Counted from the stretch's first letter, positions 31,250 through 40,975 are shown. The stretch is DNA of 64,000 nucleotides from an uncultured Candidatus Berkelbacteria bacterium (GCA_903877885.1 CAIRFN010000002.1:1734-65733), one strand, 5' to 3'. A program made the numbers and translations. Notes: generated by a model not told the origin, from the letters alone.

Positions 31250-31783
31250 CGATGTCGGCTCACCCTATCCTGGGGGTGTAGTAGCTCCCAAGGGTTTGGC
31301 TGTTCGCCAATTAAAAGGGTACGCGAGCTGGGTTCAGAACGTCGTAAGACAGTTCGGTCCTAATCTGCTGTGCGCGTTGAAACTTGAGAGGACTTCGATT
31401 TAGTACGAGAGGACCAATCGGAACGAATCTCTGGTGTACCAGTTGTTCTACCAAGAGCATTGCTGGGTAGCTATATTCGGCCGTGATAACCGCTGAAAGC
31501 ATATAAGCGGGAAGCACACCTCAAGATCAGGTTTCGTTTAGATCCCCAGTAGACCACTGGGTTGATAGGCTCTAGGTGTAAGATGGGTAACCATTTCAGC
31601 CAAGGAGTACTAATTGATCAAGAATTTTATTCAGTTGGGCAACTACCAAGATATCTAAAATAATAATAATTCAATAATTCATAATTCAGAATGAAATAAT
31701 TAATTTTTTTATAAATCTAAATTTTATAATTCTGAATTCTGCATTAAATAATTAGTAATAAATTGTGAATTTTGTCCTGGTGT

Positions 31784-31893
31784 CAGTAGCGATCGGGCCA
31801 CACCTCTTCCCATTCCGAACAGAGTAGTTAAGCCGATCAGCCCCGATGATACTCGGTCCGCAAGGGTCCTGGAAAGTAGGACGACGCTGGGAC
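31784..31893 (+). rRNA. rrf: 5S ribosomal RNA
   Basis: GTCCTGGTGTCAGTAGCGATCGGGCCACACCTCTTCCCATTCCGAACAGAG...GGGTCCTGGAAAGTAGGACGACGCTGGGAC. An AT-rich spacer separates it from 23S. Confidence 0.9.
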
Positions 31894-31910
31894 AAAATTC
31901 AGAATAAGAA

Positions 31911-31934
31911 AAACGCCTGAAAGGGTGTTTTTTT
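31911..31934 (+). terminator. terminator after 5S
   Basis: AACGCCTGAAAGGGTGTT followed by TTTTTTT. Confidence 0.65.
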
Positions 31935-31988
31935 GTTGCTGAAAATATGCTTTAATAAAGGAGTAAAGTTAAATAGGAAAGGACTAAA

Positions 31989-32507
31989 ATGCCAAATACA
32001 AATGAACAGCCAAATTTTGGGAGCATCGAAGATGAACTAAACGAGACTGATGTTCAAAATATAGTTCAAAATGCGAAGAATAATTCCAAACAGAAAGGAA
32101 TTCCGCCGATTATTTTTAACAACAAGGAATTTTCGATTTACACTCGGGCTGCAGCCGATCGAGGAGAAAAGCTAGAAGAAATGCCGCAAGTTAATCCTGA
32201 AAGTGGAATTTCCAAGGATTATATTAATGAAATAGCCTCACTAGTAACGATTTGCGATTATTATGGCCCATCAGAAATTACAAAAATGTATCCAGATTAC
32301 AGAGTAAAAAAATATGAAGAAAGGTTTCCGCTGGACAAATATAAAGATGTTATCACGGATAAAAATCGTCAGCTTGTCGAAGCAATTAATGCCCAAGCAG
32401 ATTTAATTAACGCTGATTTGGCAAATATTGATAACATCTCCAAAGAGGATATGCTCAAACATCTTTATGCCATGGTTAGCATGATTAGACCTGGGCAGAT
32501 AGGCTAA
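31989..32507 (+). CDS. hypothetical protein (translationally coupled to the EndoQ-like gene)
   Basis: 172 aa. The stop TAA overlaps the downstream ATG (TAATG). Confidence 0.5.
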   Translation: MPNTNEQPNFGSIEDELNETDVQNIVQNAKNNSKQKGIPPIIFNNKEFSIYTRAAADRGEKLEEMPQVNPESGISKDYINEIASLVTICDYYGPSEITKMYPDYRVKKYEERFPLDKYKDVITDKNRQLVEAINAQADLINADLANIDNISKEDMLKHLYAMVSMIRPGQIG

Positions 32508-33763
32508 TGCGCATTATCGCCGATTTACATATTCATTCAAAATATTCTCGAGCGGTTAGCAAGCAAATGGATATTGACCATTTGTCAGAGTGGGCAAAAA
32601 TCAAAGGCATCGATTTGATCGGTACCGGCGATTTTACGCATTTTAAATGGCTCGCTGAAATCAAAGAAAAACTAGTTGAAGATGGTTCGGGACTTTTAGT
32701 AAGCAAAGACAAATATAAGCAACGGTTCATGCTGACTTCGGAAATTTCCTGTATCTACAAACAAGGTCCGGTCGGGTCAAAGTGTCGAAAAATCCATTTG
32801 ATTGTGTTTGCGCCTTCGATTGTGATCGTCGAAAAAATTAATATTGAGCTAAATAAGATTGGCAATATTCATTCAGATGGCCGGCCGATTTTGGGAATTT
32901 CAGCCTATAATCTAGCAAAACTAATTTTTGATATTGACGATCGCTGCATGGTTATCCCGGCACACGTCTGGACTCCGTGGTTTAGCATTTTTGGTTCAAA
33001 GTCAGGGTTTAGTTCGATTAAAGAGTGTTTTGGTGATTTAACCGACAAAATCTATGCCATTGAAACAGGACTATCATCAGACCCAGAAATGAACTGGCGG
33101 CTTTCGGCGCTCGATAATATCACTTTAATTTCCAATTCCGATGCGCACAGTCCGGCTAACCTTGGTCGCGAAGCTAATGTTTTTGCTCTCGATGAAAATA
33201 ATTTTACGTATGATGAAATCTGCGACATCATTAAAACTAAAGACAAAGAACGCTTTCCAACGACACTGGAATTTTATCCTGAAGAAGGAAAGTATCATTT
33301 TGATGGTCATGCTAATTGTAAAATTTGCGTCGATCCTTTTAAGGCTGTCATTCCGAGTGGTAGTGAGGAATCTGTCATTAATGACGAAACGCCGCGTTGT
33401 CCGATTTGTCGTCGGCCGATGACGATTGGCGTGGCAAGCCAGGTGGCAAAATTGGCAGATAGAAAAGAAAGCAAACAACTCAAAAACTTTCCCGATTCAA
33501 TCCACTTGGTGCCACTTCGCGAAATTATTGCCAATGCCTTTGGTGTAGGAGTTCAGAGTAAACGTGTAAACGCCGAATATGATCGGTTAATTAAAGAATT
33601 TGGTAGCGAATTTCATATTCTTTTAGATTTAGAACAAAAATATATCAATGATAATTTTCCACCACGAATCGCTCAAGGTATTTTGAATGTCAAAAATGGC
33701 GATCTTAAAATAGACCCTGGCTACGACGGCATTTTCGGCAAGGTTCACATTTTTAAAGATTAA
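32507..33763 (+). CDS. endonuclease Q-like PHP-domain nuclease with C-terminal zinc finger
   Basis: ADLHIHSKYSRAVSKQM, IPAHVWTPWFSIFG and SNSDAHSPANLGRE (PHP metal-binding His/Asp motifs). C-terminal CPICRRPM zinc finger. About 420 aa, as in archaeal EndoQ. Confidence 0.7.
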   Translation: MRIIADLHIHSKYSRAVSKQMDIDHLSEWAKIKGIDLIGTGDFTHFKWLAEIKEKLVEDGSGLLVSKDKYKQRFMLTSEISCIYKQGPVGSKCRKIHLIVFAPSIVIVEKINIELNKIGNIHSDGRPILGISAYNLAKLIFDIDDRCMVIPAHVWTPWFSIFGSKSGFSSIKECFGDLTDKIYAIETGLSSDPEMNWRLSALDNITLISNSDAHSPANLGREANVFALDENNFTYDEICDIIKTKDKERFPTTLEFYPEEGKYHFDGHANCKICVDPFKAVIPSGSEESVINDETPRCPICRRPMTIGVASQVAKLADRKESKQLKNFPDSIHLVPLREIIANAFGVGVQSKRVNAEYDRLIKEFGSEFHILLDLEQKYINDNFPPRIAQGILNVKNGDLKIDPGYDGIFGKVHIFKD

Positions 33764-33767
33764 AAAA

Positions 33768-33785
33768 CCTCAAGTTAACTTGAGG
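33768..33785. terminator. bidirectional terminator
   Basis: AAAAAA, CCTCAAGTTAACTTGAGG, then TGTGT. Confidence 0.6.
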
Positions 33786-34578
33786 TGTGTAAGGTTTTGG
33801 TTTTGTCAAACTCAATAGAATCGATTGGTGGCAGTCCGGCAAAATCATCGGGCTCATCTGGTCCGCTAAGTGGCGGGTTAATCAAATCGTCTTTGGAATG
33901 AAAATGATTTTCTGGGCCATCATCGGGGTGGCAGTACTCGAATTTATACTTGATTTGACTCAGACGGAAATTGATGCCTAATTCCGGTGAATTGTAATCT
34001 TTAAGTCTTTCGCCGATAAGATTGGGCGGAAGTTTTAAATAAATCATTTCAGTAATCTGATCATTCAGATTAGCATAGGATTTACTGATCAAACAACGAA
34101 ACTCACGGTAACTAATTGGCCAAAAAATTTCGACCGTGTTTATCATTGAAATAGTAATAGTGTCATCTTCAAAATTAAAAGCAATTTTTCCAGATTTCTC
34201 ACAATCTGTACTAAGAAAATAACTGATCCGAAAGCTTATTGACTCATCCTTGCTTATATATAGTTCGTTATCTTTCCAAAAGACCCAACCGGGTCCTTTT
34301 TTGCGAATAATTATCGGAAAATGGTTGAAATACTGCGAAGTTAAAAAGATAAGCAAACAGATAATAAAATTAAATATTGATGGTTCTTTTATGCCAGAAA
34401 AAAGATGAAAAACGAAAATCACAATATTGCAAACATATAATCCTGCGCGTAAATGCATTTTTGGGTCGATTTCAAGGTTAGTTTCGAGCGGTAATTTTGC
34501 TTTGAGAAAAAGCGAAATTATTTCAATTACCACTGGTGACAATATTGTAATGACTATAAACAAAATCGCCTCGAACAT
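33775..34578 (-). CDS. hypothetical membrane protein
   Basis: 267 aa. Three N-terminal TM helices and a soluble C-terminal domain. Confidence 0.5.
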   Translation of the reverse strand: MFEAILFIVITILSPVVIEIISLFLKAKLPLETNLEIDPKMHLRAGLYVCNIVIFVFHLFSGIKEPSIFNFIICLLIFLTSQYFNHFPIIIRKKGPGWVFWKDNELYISKDESISFRISYFLSTDCEKSGKIAFNFEDDTITISMINTVEIFWPISYREFRCLISKSYANLNDQITEMIYLKLPPNLIGERLKDYNSPELGINFRLSQIKYKFEYCHPDDGPENHFHSKDDLINPPLSGPDEPDDFAGLPPIDSIEFDKTKTLHTSS

Positions 34579-34723
34579 TTTCTTTCCTCCGATCGATTTT
34601 CAAGGTTCGATATTTCATATGATAGCATATTTTTGAGTTTTTGTAAAGCCAAGGCTTGACAAACTTTTGCAATATTTGCATTTAAATTATCAATGTGTAA
34701 TACTTTAGTAAAGTGAAATAAAG

Positions 34724-34835
34724 TGTCATCCTCGAGCCGGAGGGTACTCCGACCTGCCTGACGGCAGGCAGGCATCAAGGATCCAGATATAAGTCCTGGA
34801 TTCCAGATCCTGCTTTTAGCCGGTCTGGAATGACA
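34724..34835 (+). repeat. MITE-like structured intergenic repeat, copy 3
   Basis: TGTCATCCTCGAGCCGG...(internal palindrome CCTGCCTGACGGCAGGCAGG)...GGATTCCAGATCC...GGTCTGGAATGACA. Ends 18 nt before the yvcK ATG. Confidence 0.85.
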
Positions 34836-34853
34836 AACAATAAAAGGAGATAA

Positions 34854-35801
34854 ATGGGAAAAAGTGTTAAGGATCTCAAAGTCGTCATTATCGGCGGGGG
34901 ATCGGGACTCTCAAATTTACTCAGGGGACTCAAAAAACAAACAGAACATATTACGGCCATCGTGACTATGGCTGATGACGGTGCTTCTTCAGGACGGTTG
35001 CGCGAGGATTTTAATATCTTGCCGCCAGGCGATATCCGAAGTTGTATTTTAGCTTTGTCTGACGAAGAGCAAATGTATCACAAAATTTTTACTTATCGTT
35101 TTCCTCATGGCCGTGGACTTAAAGGTCATAATTTGGGAAATCTTTTGGCAGTGGCCTTAGCTGACATAACTGGTAGTTTTAAAAAAGCGATTCAAGAAAT
35201 GAGCCGGATTTTAAATATCAAAGGCCAGGTTTTACCTTCGACTTACGACGACGTGATTTTGTCAGCCAAATTGGCTAATGGTCGGGTGGTTTGGGGTGAG
35301 TCGAGTATCGCGACCGCGGGTCACAGATCGCCGATTCGTGATATGAAACTTCATCCGGAAAGCGCCAATGCTAATCCCGAGGCAGTCACCGCGATTGAAA
35401 AAGCCGATATTATCATCATCGGTCCGGGCAGTCTTTACACCAGTATTGTGCCAAACTTTTTACTGAAATCGATTACTTGCGCGGTGGCATCCTCACGTGC
35501 TAAAAAGTTTTTTATTTGTAATGTTAGCACCGAACGCGGTGAAACCGAAGATTATTCGGTCGAAGATCATATCAATGCTTTGGTTAAATATTCTGATCCG
35601 CAAATTTTCGATACGATTTTGGTTAATAATAAAATCATATTGAAAAGCGATGGAAAACGCCTTGGCGAAGTTAAAAATATCACTACCGACAAAGCCAAAA
35701 TCGGCCGGTTTGAAGTTGTTTCTGCCGATTTAATCGACCCAAAAAATCCACTTTATCACGACAAAGACAAAGTTTTAAAAGAGATATTGAACAATATTTA
35801 G
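34854..35801 (+). CDS. yvcK: gluconeogenesis factor / UPF0052 (YvcK, CofD-like)
   Basis: VVIIGGGSGLSNLLRGLK...DIIIIGPGSLYTSIVPNFLL. RBS AAGGAG. Confidence 0.9.
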   Translation: MGKSVKDLKVVIIGGGSGLSNLLRGLKKQTEHITAIVTMADDGASSGRLREDFNILPPGDIRSCILALSDEEQMYHKIFTYRFPHGRGLKGHNLGNLLAVALADITGSFKKAIQEMSRILNIKGQVLPSTYDDVILSAKLANGRVVWGESSIATAGHRSPIRDMKLHPESANANPEAVTAIEKADIIIIGPGSLYTSIVPNFLLKSITCAVASSRAKKFFICNVSTERGETEDYSVEDHINALVKYSDPQIFDTILVNNKIILKSDGKRLGEVKNITTDKAKIGRFEVVSADLIDPKNPLYHDKDKVLKEILNNI

Positions 35802-35812
35802 TTAGGAGTCGC

Positions 35813-37570
35813 ATGTGTGGAATTATTGGAATCTTATCCCAAAAAACTGATGCGCCAGACCAGGTCGTGGAGGCTTTAAAAAAGCTGGAATATCGCGGCT
35901 ATGATTCTTGGGGCGTGGCAATTGGTGGCAAATATATAAAATTGCAAAAAAATATTGGTAAAATTAGCCAAGCGGTTTTAGTTAATGACACGACTGGTAA
36001 TTTGGCTATCGGTCATACTCGTTGGGCTACTCACGGTGGCGTGACCCAAATTAACGCTCATCCACACACCGATTGTTTGGAAAAAATTGCCGTGGTCCAC
36101 AATGGCATTATTGAAAATTTTCAGGAGCTAAAAAAGGATTTGGAAAATTTCGGTCATAAATTTTTATCGCAAACCGATACCGAAGTTATTCCGCATTTAA
36201 TTGAAGAAGAATTAAGAACCGAAGAGGATTTTAAAACTGCGCTTGTAAAATCCGTTGCCAAATTGAAAGGCAGTTACGCTTTCGTTCTAATCCGCGCTAA
36301 TTCCAATGAACTTTGGGCCGTGGCCAATGGTTGCCCATTGGTCGTTGGTCAATCAGAAAATCAGCTGATAATTTCCAGCGATATTTTGGCATGCAAAACC
36401 AAAAAAGTTATCTATATTCCTGAAGAAACTTTGATTCATATCGCTGACGAAATTGAATTTTCAAATTTGGAAACTGGCAAACCCAAAAACTTAAAATGGG
36501 AAGAAAATAAGGTTGAAAATCACGAAATTACGCCAGGCAAATTCAAACATTTTTTAGAAAAAGAAATTTACGAGCAACCGGAAATTATTAAAAAAATCAG
36601 CCAGATGGATGTGCGCGAAGTGGAAACCAATGCCGCGCTGATTCGACATTCCTTTGGTACTTTTTTTGTGGCATGTGGCACTTCCTATCATGCCGCTTTA
36701 GCGGGCGAATATTTATTTTCTCAAATCGCTAAAATGCATATTAATTTAATTTCGGCTGGAGAATTTGCTAACTTTCGCCATTTTATTACCGATAAGACTT
36801 TGCTTTTTCCGCTATCGCAATCCGGCGAAACCGCTGATGTTTTGGAAGCGGCTAAAGTAGCGGTTAAATGTCGTGCCAAAATTTTATCATTAGTTAATAA
36901 TCCCAATTCCACTTTGGCGAGATTATCGGACGTCGTAATGGTGACGCCCGCCGGCCCAGAAATCGCTGTTTTGTCGACCAAAGCATATACATCACAAATT
37001 GCTATTTTGTATTTGCTAGCAAACGCGGTGGCCGGCGATTTTGCTAAAGCCCAGTGTGATTTGGAAAATTTAAGTGAAATGCTAAAAACGATTTTTGAAA
37101 ATGAATCGGTTGAAAAGCTTAAAAAATTAGCTAAAAAAATTAAAAATGCGACCAGTTTATTTACGATTGGTCGCGGTTTAAATTATGCAGTTGCGCTGGA
37201 AGCCGCCTTAAAAATCAAAGAAGTCTCCTATATTCATGCCGAAGGTTTTGCTGGTGCGGATTTAAAACATGGGCCAATTGCGCTAATCGAAAAAGACGTG
37301 CCGTGTATTGTTTTAGTTTCCAACGATGAAAATAAAGAAGAAATTTTATCAAACGCGATGGAAGTTCGCGCCCGCGGTGGTTTCATTATCGGTGTCGCGC
37401 CCGAAAACAACGAGATTTTTGATTATCATATTAAAGTGCCGGACTTTGCTGAACTATCGTCCATCATCAATATTGTGCCGATGCAACTACTAAGTTATTA
37501 TTTGGCCATTGCGCGCGAGTGTGATCCGGATAAACCGCGAAACCTCGCCAAAAGTGTAACAGTGAAGTAA
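35813..37570 (+). CDS. glmS: glutamine--fructose-6-phosphate aminotransferase
   Basis: N-terminal MCGIIG Ntn nucleophile and HTRWATHG. Two SIS domains. 585 aa. Confidence 0.95.
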   Translation: MCGIIGILSQKTDAPDQVVEALKKLEYRGYDSWGVAIGGKYIKLQKNIGKISQAVLVNDTTGNLAIGHTRWATHGGVTQINAHPHTDCLEKIAVVHNGIIENFQELKKDLENFGHKFLSQTDTEVIPHLIEEELRTEEDFKTALVKSVAKLKGSYAFVLIRANSNELWAVANGCPLVVGQSENQLIISSDILACKTKKVIYIPEETLIHIADEIEFSNLETGKPKNLKWEENKVENHEITPGKFKHFLEKEIYEQPEIIKKISQMDVREVETNAALIRHSFGTFFVACGTSYHAALAGEYLFSQIAKMHINLISAGEFANFRHFITDKTLLFPLSQSGETADVLEAAKVAVKCRAKILSLVNNPNSTLARLSDVVMVTPAGPEIAVLSTKAYTSQIAILYLLANAVAGDFAKAQCDLENLSEMLKTIFENESVEKLKKLAKKIKNATSLFTIGRGLNYAVALEAALKIKEVSYIHAEGFAGADLKHGPIALIEKDVPCIVLVSNDENKEEILSNAMEVRARGGFIIGVAPENNEIFDYHIKVPDFAELSSIINIVPMQLLSYYLAIARECDPDKPRNLAKSVTVK

Positions 37571-37585
37571 AATAAAAGTAATAGA

Positions 37586-37648
37586 TGTCATTGCGAGCGC
37601 GGCAATCCATCATTTTGTCATTGCGAGCGTCGGCGAAGCAATCTATCA
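37586..37648 (+). repeat. tandem pair of TGTCATTGCGAGCG-type short repeats
   Basis: TGTCATTGCGAGCGCGGCAATCCATC and TGTCATTGCGAGCGTCGGCGAAGCAATCTATC. They share the TGTCAT start with the MITE family. Confidence 0.7.
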
Positions 37649-37659
37649 ACAAATTAAAT

Positions 37660-37748
37660 TGTCATCCTGGAGTTGGATGGTAATCCAACATTCAGGATCA
37701 AGAATAAATTGGATTCCAGATCCTGCCGCCGGCCGGTCCGGAATGACA
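37660..37748 (+). repeat. MITE-like structured intergenic repeat, copy 4
   Basis: TGTCATCCTGGAG...ACATTCAGGATCAAGAATAAATTGGATTCCAGATCC...GGTCCGGAATGACA. Ends 17 nt before ATG 37766. Confidence 0.85.
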
Positions 37749-37765
37749 AAATAAAAAGGAGTCAT

Positions 37766-38473
37766 ATGTCAGACGAACAATTATCACAAAAAGCCAGTCC
37801 AGAAGAAATGATGAGTGATGAACAACGAGCTGCAGCCGCACAAGAATCGGCTGAATTTGAGTTAACTCCCGAAATCGAAGCTATAGTTATGGATAAAGTT
37901 CAGGATATAAATGCTGACGGAGTTGCCTATTCAGCAGTAACGAGTTTTTTTCGACAATATGGTGATAGAGAAGAATATGGCAATTTTCAAATTATTAAAA
38001 ATATATTATCAGAGGGTCTTCTGGGCTCTAATCTAAAGCATCATTTCAAAAATAATTTTTTGAGACGATGGCAATGGGCGAGGACGGCAAAAAATCGAGA
38101 ACCAGAAAAAAATTTAGTTTGGTTTTCTATAAATGGTAGGATTGGCGATCGGGGTTATGAAAATAAGATTGAAAATGGTGCCAGAATGATGACTCATGGA
38201 GTTGCTATTATTTTTGATACCAGTGAGTTCAAGGAATTGCCTCCAGGCGCACTTAACCAATGGGAGGAGTATACTGATAATCGTCGGAAAATATATGGAA
38301 ATGAGTCGAATATTCGGCCTGAAACAAGAACCTTTTCAGCAGGAAGAGATGAACATACATTATCTGATGTTGAAAACTTTTATAAGCAGCAATCAGATCC
38401 TACGAATCCACATGGTTTTGTCACTCCTTTTAGAGTTAGCCCCGGATTATTTAGTGGACTAGTAATTGGTTGA
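37766..38473 (+). CDS. hypothetical protein, possibly extended through an in-frame TGA to 38689
   Basis: RBS AAGGAG lies 6 nt upstream of ATG 37766. The ORF-track N-terminus (37673) translates the MITE and is rejected. TGA at 38471 is followed in the same frame by 71 sense codons (DIYDSNEQEITKIMVETRRLIKECYYQ...SPE) up to a TGA at 38687. Confidence 0.5.
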   Translation: MSDEQLSQKASPEEMMSDEQRAAAAQESAEFELTPEIEAIVMDKVQDINADGVAYSAVTSFFRQYGDREEYGNFQIIKNILSEGLLGSNLKHHFKNNFLRRWQWARTAKNREPEKNLVWFSINGRIGDRGYENKIENGARMMTHGVAIIFDTSEFKELPPGALNQWEEYTDNRRKIYGNESNIRPETRTFSAGRDEHTLSDVENFYKQQSDPTNPHGFVTPFRVSPGLFSGLVIG

Positions 38474-38664
38474 GATATATATGATTCCAATGAACAAGAA
38501 ATTACTAAAATTATGGTTGAAAACGCGAAGGCTAATCAAAGAATGTTATTACCAGTATACAGAAGTAATGGTAATCTTCTTTGGCCAAAACAAATGACTT
38601 ATAAAGAAGTCAAAGCTTTTGTGGCTGAAAGAGATGCCAAGAAAGCGTGGGAAAATAATGAAGT

Positions 38665-38691
38665 GGATTCCGGATCAAGTCCGGAATGACA
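38665..38691 (+). repeat. truncated MITE-like repeat (3' half only), copy 5
   Basis: GGATTCCGGATCAAGTCCGGAATGACA, located 11 nt upstream of the mutM ATG. Confidence 0.7.
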
Positions 38692-38702
38692 AAAGGAAAA
38701 TT

Positions 38703-39575
38703 ATGCCAGAGCTACCAGAAGTAGAAACAATCAAAAGGGGATTAAGCGATAAAATTGTGGGTCAAAAAATTACCGATATTGAGATTTTGTGGCATAAAAG
38801 TTTTATTGGAAAAAAAGAAGATGTGATTGGCGCTGATGTTGCTGATATTGTTCGTCGGGCAAAAGTGATTCAAATCAAATTATCCAACAATTTAAATCTT
38901 TTGTTTCACTTAAAAATGACTGGGCAAATTATCCACGAACATAAAGTCAAAAATGATGGTGAAATAATTGACTTTGCTGGTGGCCATCCCTCGCACGATT
39001 GGCATGCCAAATTGCCGAACTCCAATACTCGGATTATTTTTACTTTTGATGATGGCTCAAAACTTTTTTTCAATGACATGCGTAAATTTGGTTGGTGTAA
39101 AGTTTTGACAAATGAAGAAATCAACGCCATTTATAAAAAAGACTACGGCCTTGAGCCGCTCGATGAAAATTTCACTGTTGAATATTTGCTGGAAAAAGCT
39201 AAACGCATTCCTAACCGCAACATCAAACAGTTTTTGATGGATCAAACGATTGCCGCCGGCATGGGCAATATTTATACTGATGAAACTTTGTTTGATGCGA
39301 AAATTTCGCCGCTTAGAAAAATCAAAGATATTAAAATATCTGAATGGAAAAATTTAATTTCCAGTATGCAAAAAGTTCTCACTTTGGGGATTAAATATGG
39401 CGGCACGACCGATTCTGATTATGTTAATATCGATGGCAAAAAGGGCGGGATGCAAGATTACTTGAAAGTTTATCATCGCCATAATCAATTTTGTCCTAAT
39501 TCTTGCGGTGGAAAAATTACTCAAATTCGCATTGGTGGCCGCGGCACTCATTGGTGCCCAAATTGCCAAAAATAA
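38703..39575 (+). CDS. mutM: formamidopyrimidine-DNA glycosylase (Fpg/Nei family)
   Basis: N-terminus MPELPEVETIKRGL. C-terminal zinc finger CPNSCGGKI...HWCPNCQK. Confidence 0.9.
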   Translation: MPELPEVETIKRGLSDKIVGQKITDIEILWHKSFIGKKEDVIGADVADIVRRAKVIQIKLSNNLNLLFHLKMTGQIIHEHKVKNDGEIIDFAGGHPSHDWHAKLPNSNTRIIFTFDDGSKLFFNDMRKFGWCKVLTNEEINAIYKKDYGLEPLDENFTVEYLLEKAKRIPNRNIKQFLMDQTIAAGMGNIYTDETLFDAKISPLRKIKDIKISEWKNLISSMQKVLTLGIKYGGTTDSDYVNIDGKKGGMQDYLKVYHRHNQFCPNSCGGKITQIRIGGRGTHWCPNCQK

Positions 39576-39609
39576 GCAAAGCTTGTTTTTTTACATTCCA
39601 AAAATAATT

Positions 39610-39662
39610 AGTTAAGGACTGTCCTTAACCTGGTGGTATTAAACCTGGGAGGACAGTCCTTT
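39610..39662 (+). terminator. terminator built from palindromic AAGGACWGTCCTT units
   Basis: TTAAGGACTGTCCTTAA...(24-nt loop)...GGGAGGACAGTCCTTTT. Arms are 12 bp, followed by a T-run. Confidence 0.6.
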
Positions 39663-39675
39663 TGAGCATTTCTCG

Positions 39676-39704
39676 TTGACAATTCTGTAAATAACAGGTA
39701 TAAT
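39676..39704 (+). promoter_or_regulatory. consensus sigma70 promoter
   Basis: TTGACA, 17-nt spacer, TATAAT, followed by a roughly 90-nt 5' UTR to the 39796 gene. Confidence 0.6.
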
Positions 39705-39795
39705 TTTAATGTTCTTTAAAAATCGAAATCATTTCCAAACAAACCTCTAAATCGTCAGAGGAATCTTACAACTACCAAGAAGGGGAGGAAGTCAG

Positions 39796-40275
39796 ATGAT
39801 CGTAACTTGCAGTAGCTGCACTCGTCCGGAAGGTTTTTGTCTGCGTTTTTCGGAAAACGAAAAGCGGTCAGATAACATCGGTTGCCATTTAGGTGTTATT
39901 GCTAGTGATATTGAATTTGCTATTAGCCAAGAAGTTTGCGCCTGGTGTGGCGGTGCTTGTTGTGGCGGTAATATGGTTGAATCGTTGCCTAAAAAATATT
40001 TAGAAAAATATGATTTGCCCAATGAGAAAGATCATTGTCCGGCTTACGACAAAGAAACTGGCTGCGTCTTGCCACGCACTGGTCGGCCAATTGCATGTTT
40101 GATGTTTGAATGTCCATTGCTTGAACAATTGAAAGTTGATATTCAAATGTGGCAATTTTGCAAGCAATTTGGTGTTGATATTACTTCTGTCGATGCCATT
40201 GTTCATTGCAATAAATGTCCGCATTGGAACAGTTGCCAATACACAAATCGTGCATTAATAATTTCCACTCATTAA
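39796..40275 (+). CDS. YkgJ/UPF0153-like CxxCxxCC zinc/iron-chelating domain protein
   Basis: CAWCGGACCGG matches the CxxCGxCC motif. 11 further Cys. RBS GGGGAGGAAG. Confidence 0.5.
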   Translation: MIVTCSSCTRPEGFCLRFSENEKRSDNIGCHLGVIASDIEFAISQEVCAWCGGACCGGNMVESLPKKYLEKYDLPNEKDHCPAYDKETGCVLPRTGRPIACLMFECPLLEQLKVDIQMWQFCKQFGVDITSVDAIVHCNKCPHWNSCQYTNRALIISTH

Positions 40276-40370
40276 TTTGAGCGGTTTTTTTGTTCTTCAG
40301 ATTGACATCAGAGTAAAATAAGATTAGAATGCAAATAGCGATTCAGACCAATTTTGAAAGGATGGGCAAT

Positions 40371-40961
40371 ATGGAACTATCGCTATCGCGAATACAGATA
40401 GCTGTCATCTATGCGGTTAAAGGAACGCCGCCGCCTTCGATTCCCGCTTCGGTGAGAAAAGTGGTAACGATCGAAGTTGATAATTCGCCGGGGTTAACCG
40501 ATGAAGAAATCGCTTTTTTCGAAGATCTGCCGATTAAGGAATGGGAGCGATGGATTGTCAAAGGAGCGACAGTTGGTTTCACTTCAAAAGGTGAAGTTCG
40601 GATTAATTGTGACCGTTTAGGGGTAATTACTATCTGGCTGAAAAATACCAAAAAGATTTATGGTATTAAAGATTATGGCCCAATTCGGGGTAATTATCGC
40701 TTGTGTCACAATTGCGGTAAAATTGCTGGTCAATCAAATACTGGCGCTCATGTTGCCGAAGAAGAATACGATCGCGACAAAGGCACCTCGATTTTACCAT
40801 TTTATTGCGCCAGTTGTCTTTACGAATGGACAATTGAAAAAACCAATGGTCGGCCGCGACCGTTAAAACAAAACGGGCGTAATGGTAATGGCCATGGCCA
40901 AAAACCAAAATGTGTTAAAAATCAACGTATTTTCCCTAATTGGAACCGAGCTACAACTTAA
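40371..40961 (+). CDS. hypothetical protein with CxxC...CxxC zinc-ribbon-like motif
   Basis: CHNCGKI...CASCLYEW. Start is either ATG 40371 or 40359. A terminator follows. Confidence 0.45.
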   Translation: MELSLSRIQIAVIYAVKGTPPPSIPASVRKVVTIEVDNSPGLTDEEIAFFEDLPIKEWERWIVKGATVGFTSKGEVRINCDRLGVITIWLKNTKKIYGIKDYGPIRGNYRLCHNCGKIAGQSNTGAHVAEEEYDRDKGTSILPFYCASCLYEWTIEKTNGRPRPLKQNGRNGNGHGQKPKCVKNQRIFPNWNRATT

Positions 40962-40975
40962 TATCATTCTAACTT

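Noticed and set aside
37673-37765. ORF-track N-terminal extensions of the 37766 gene (from 37673), clpP (from 3669) and mutM (from 38619)
   Set aside because: The extensions translate the MITE-like repeat. The terminal GAATGACA supplies an ATG, so they share the spurious peptide ...VRNDK. Canonical RBS-spaced ATGs lie downstream at 37766, 3687 and 38703.
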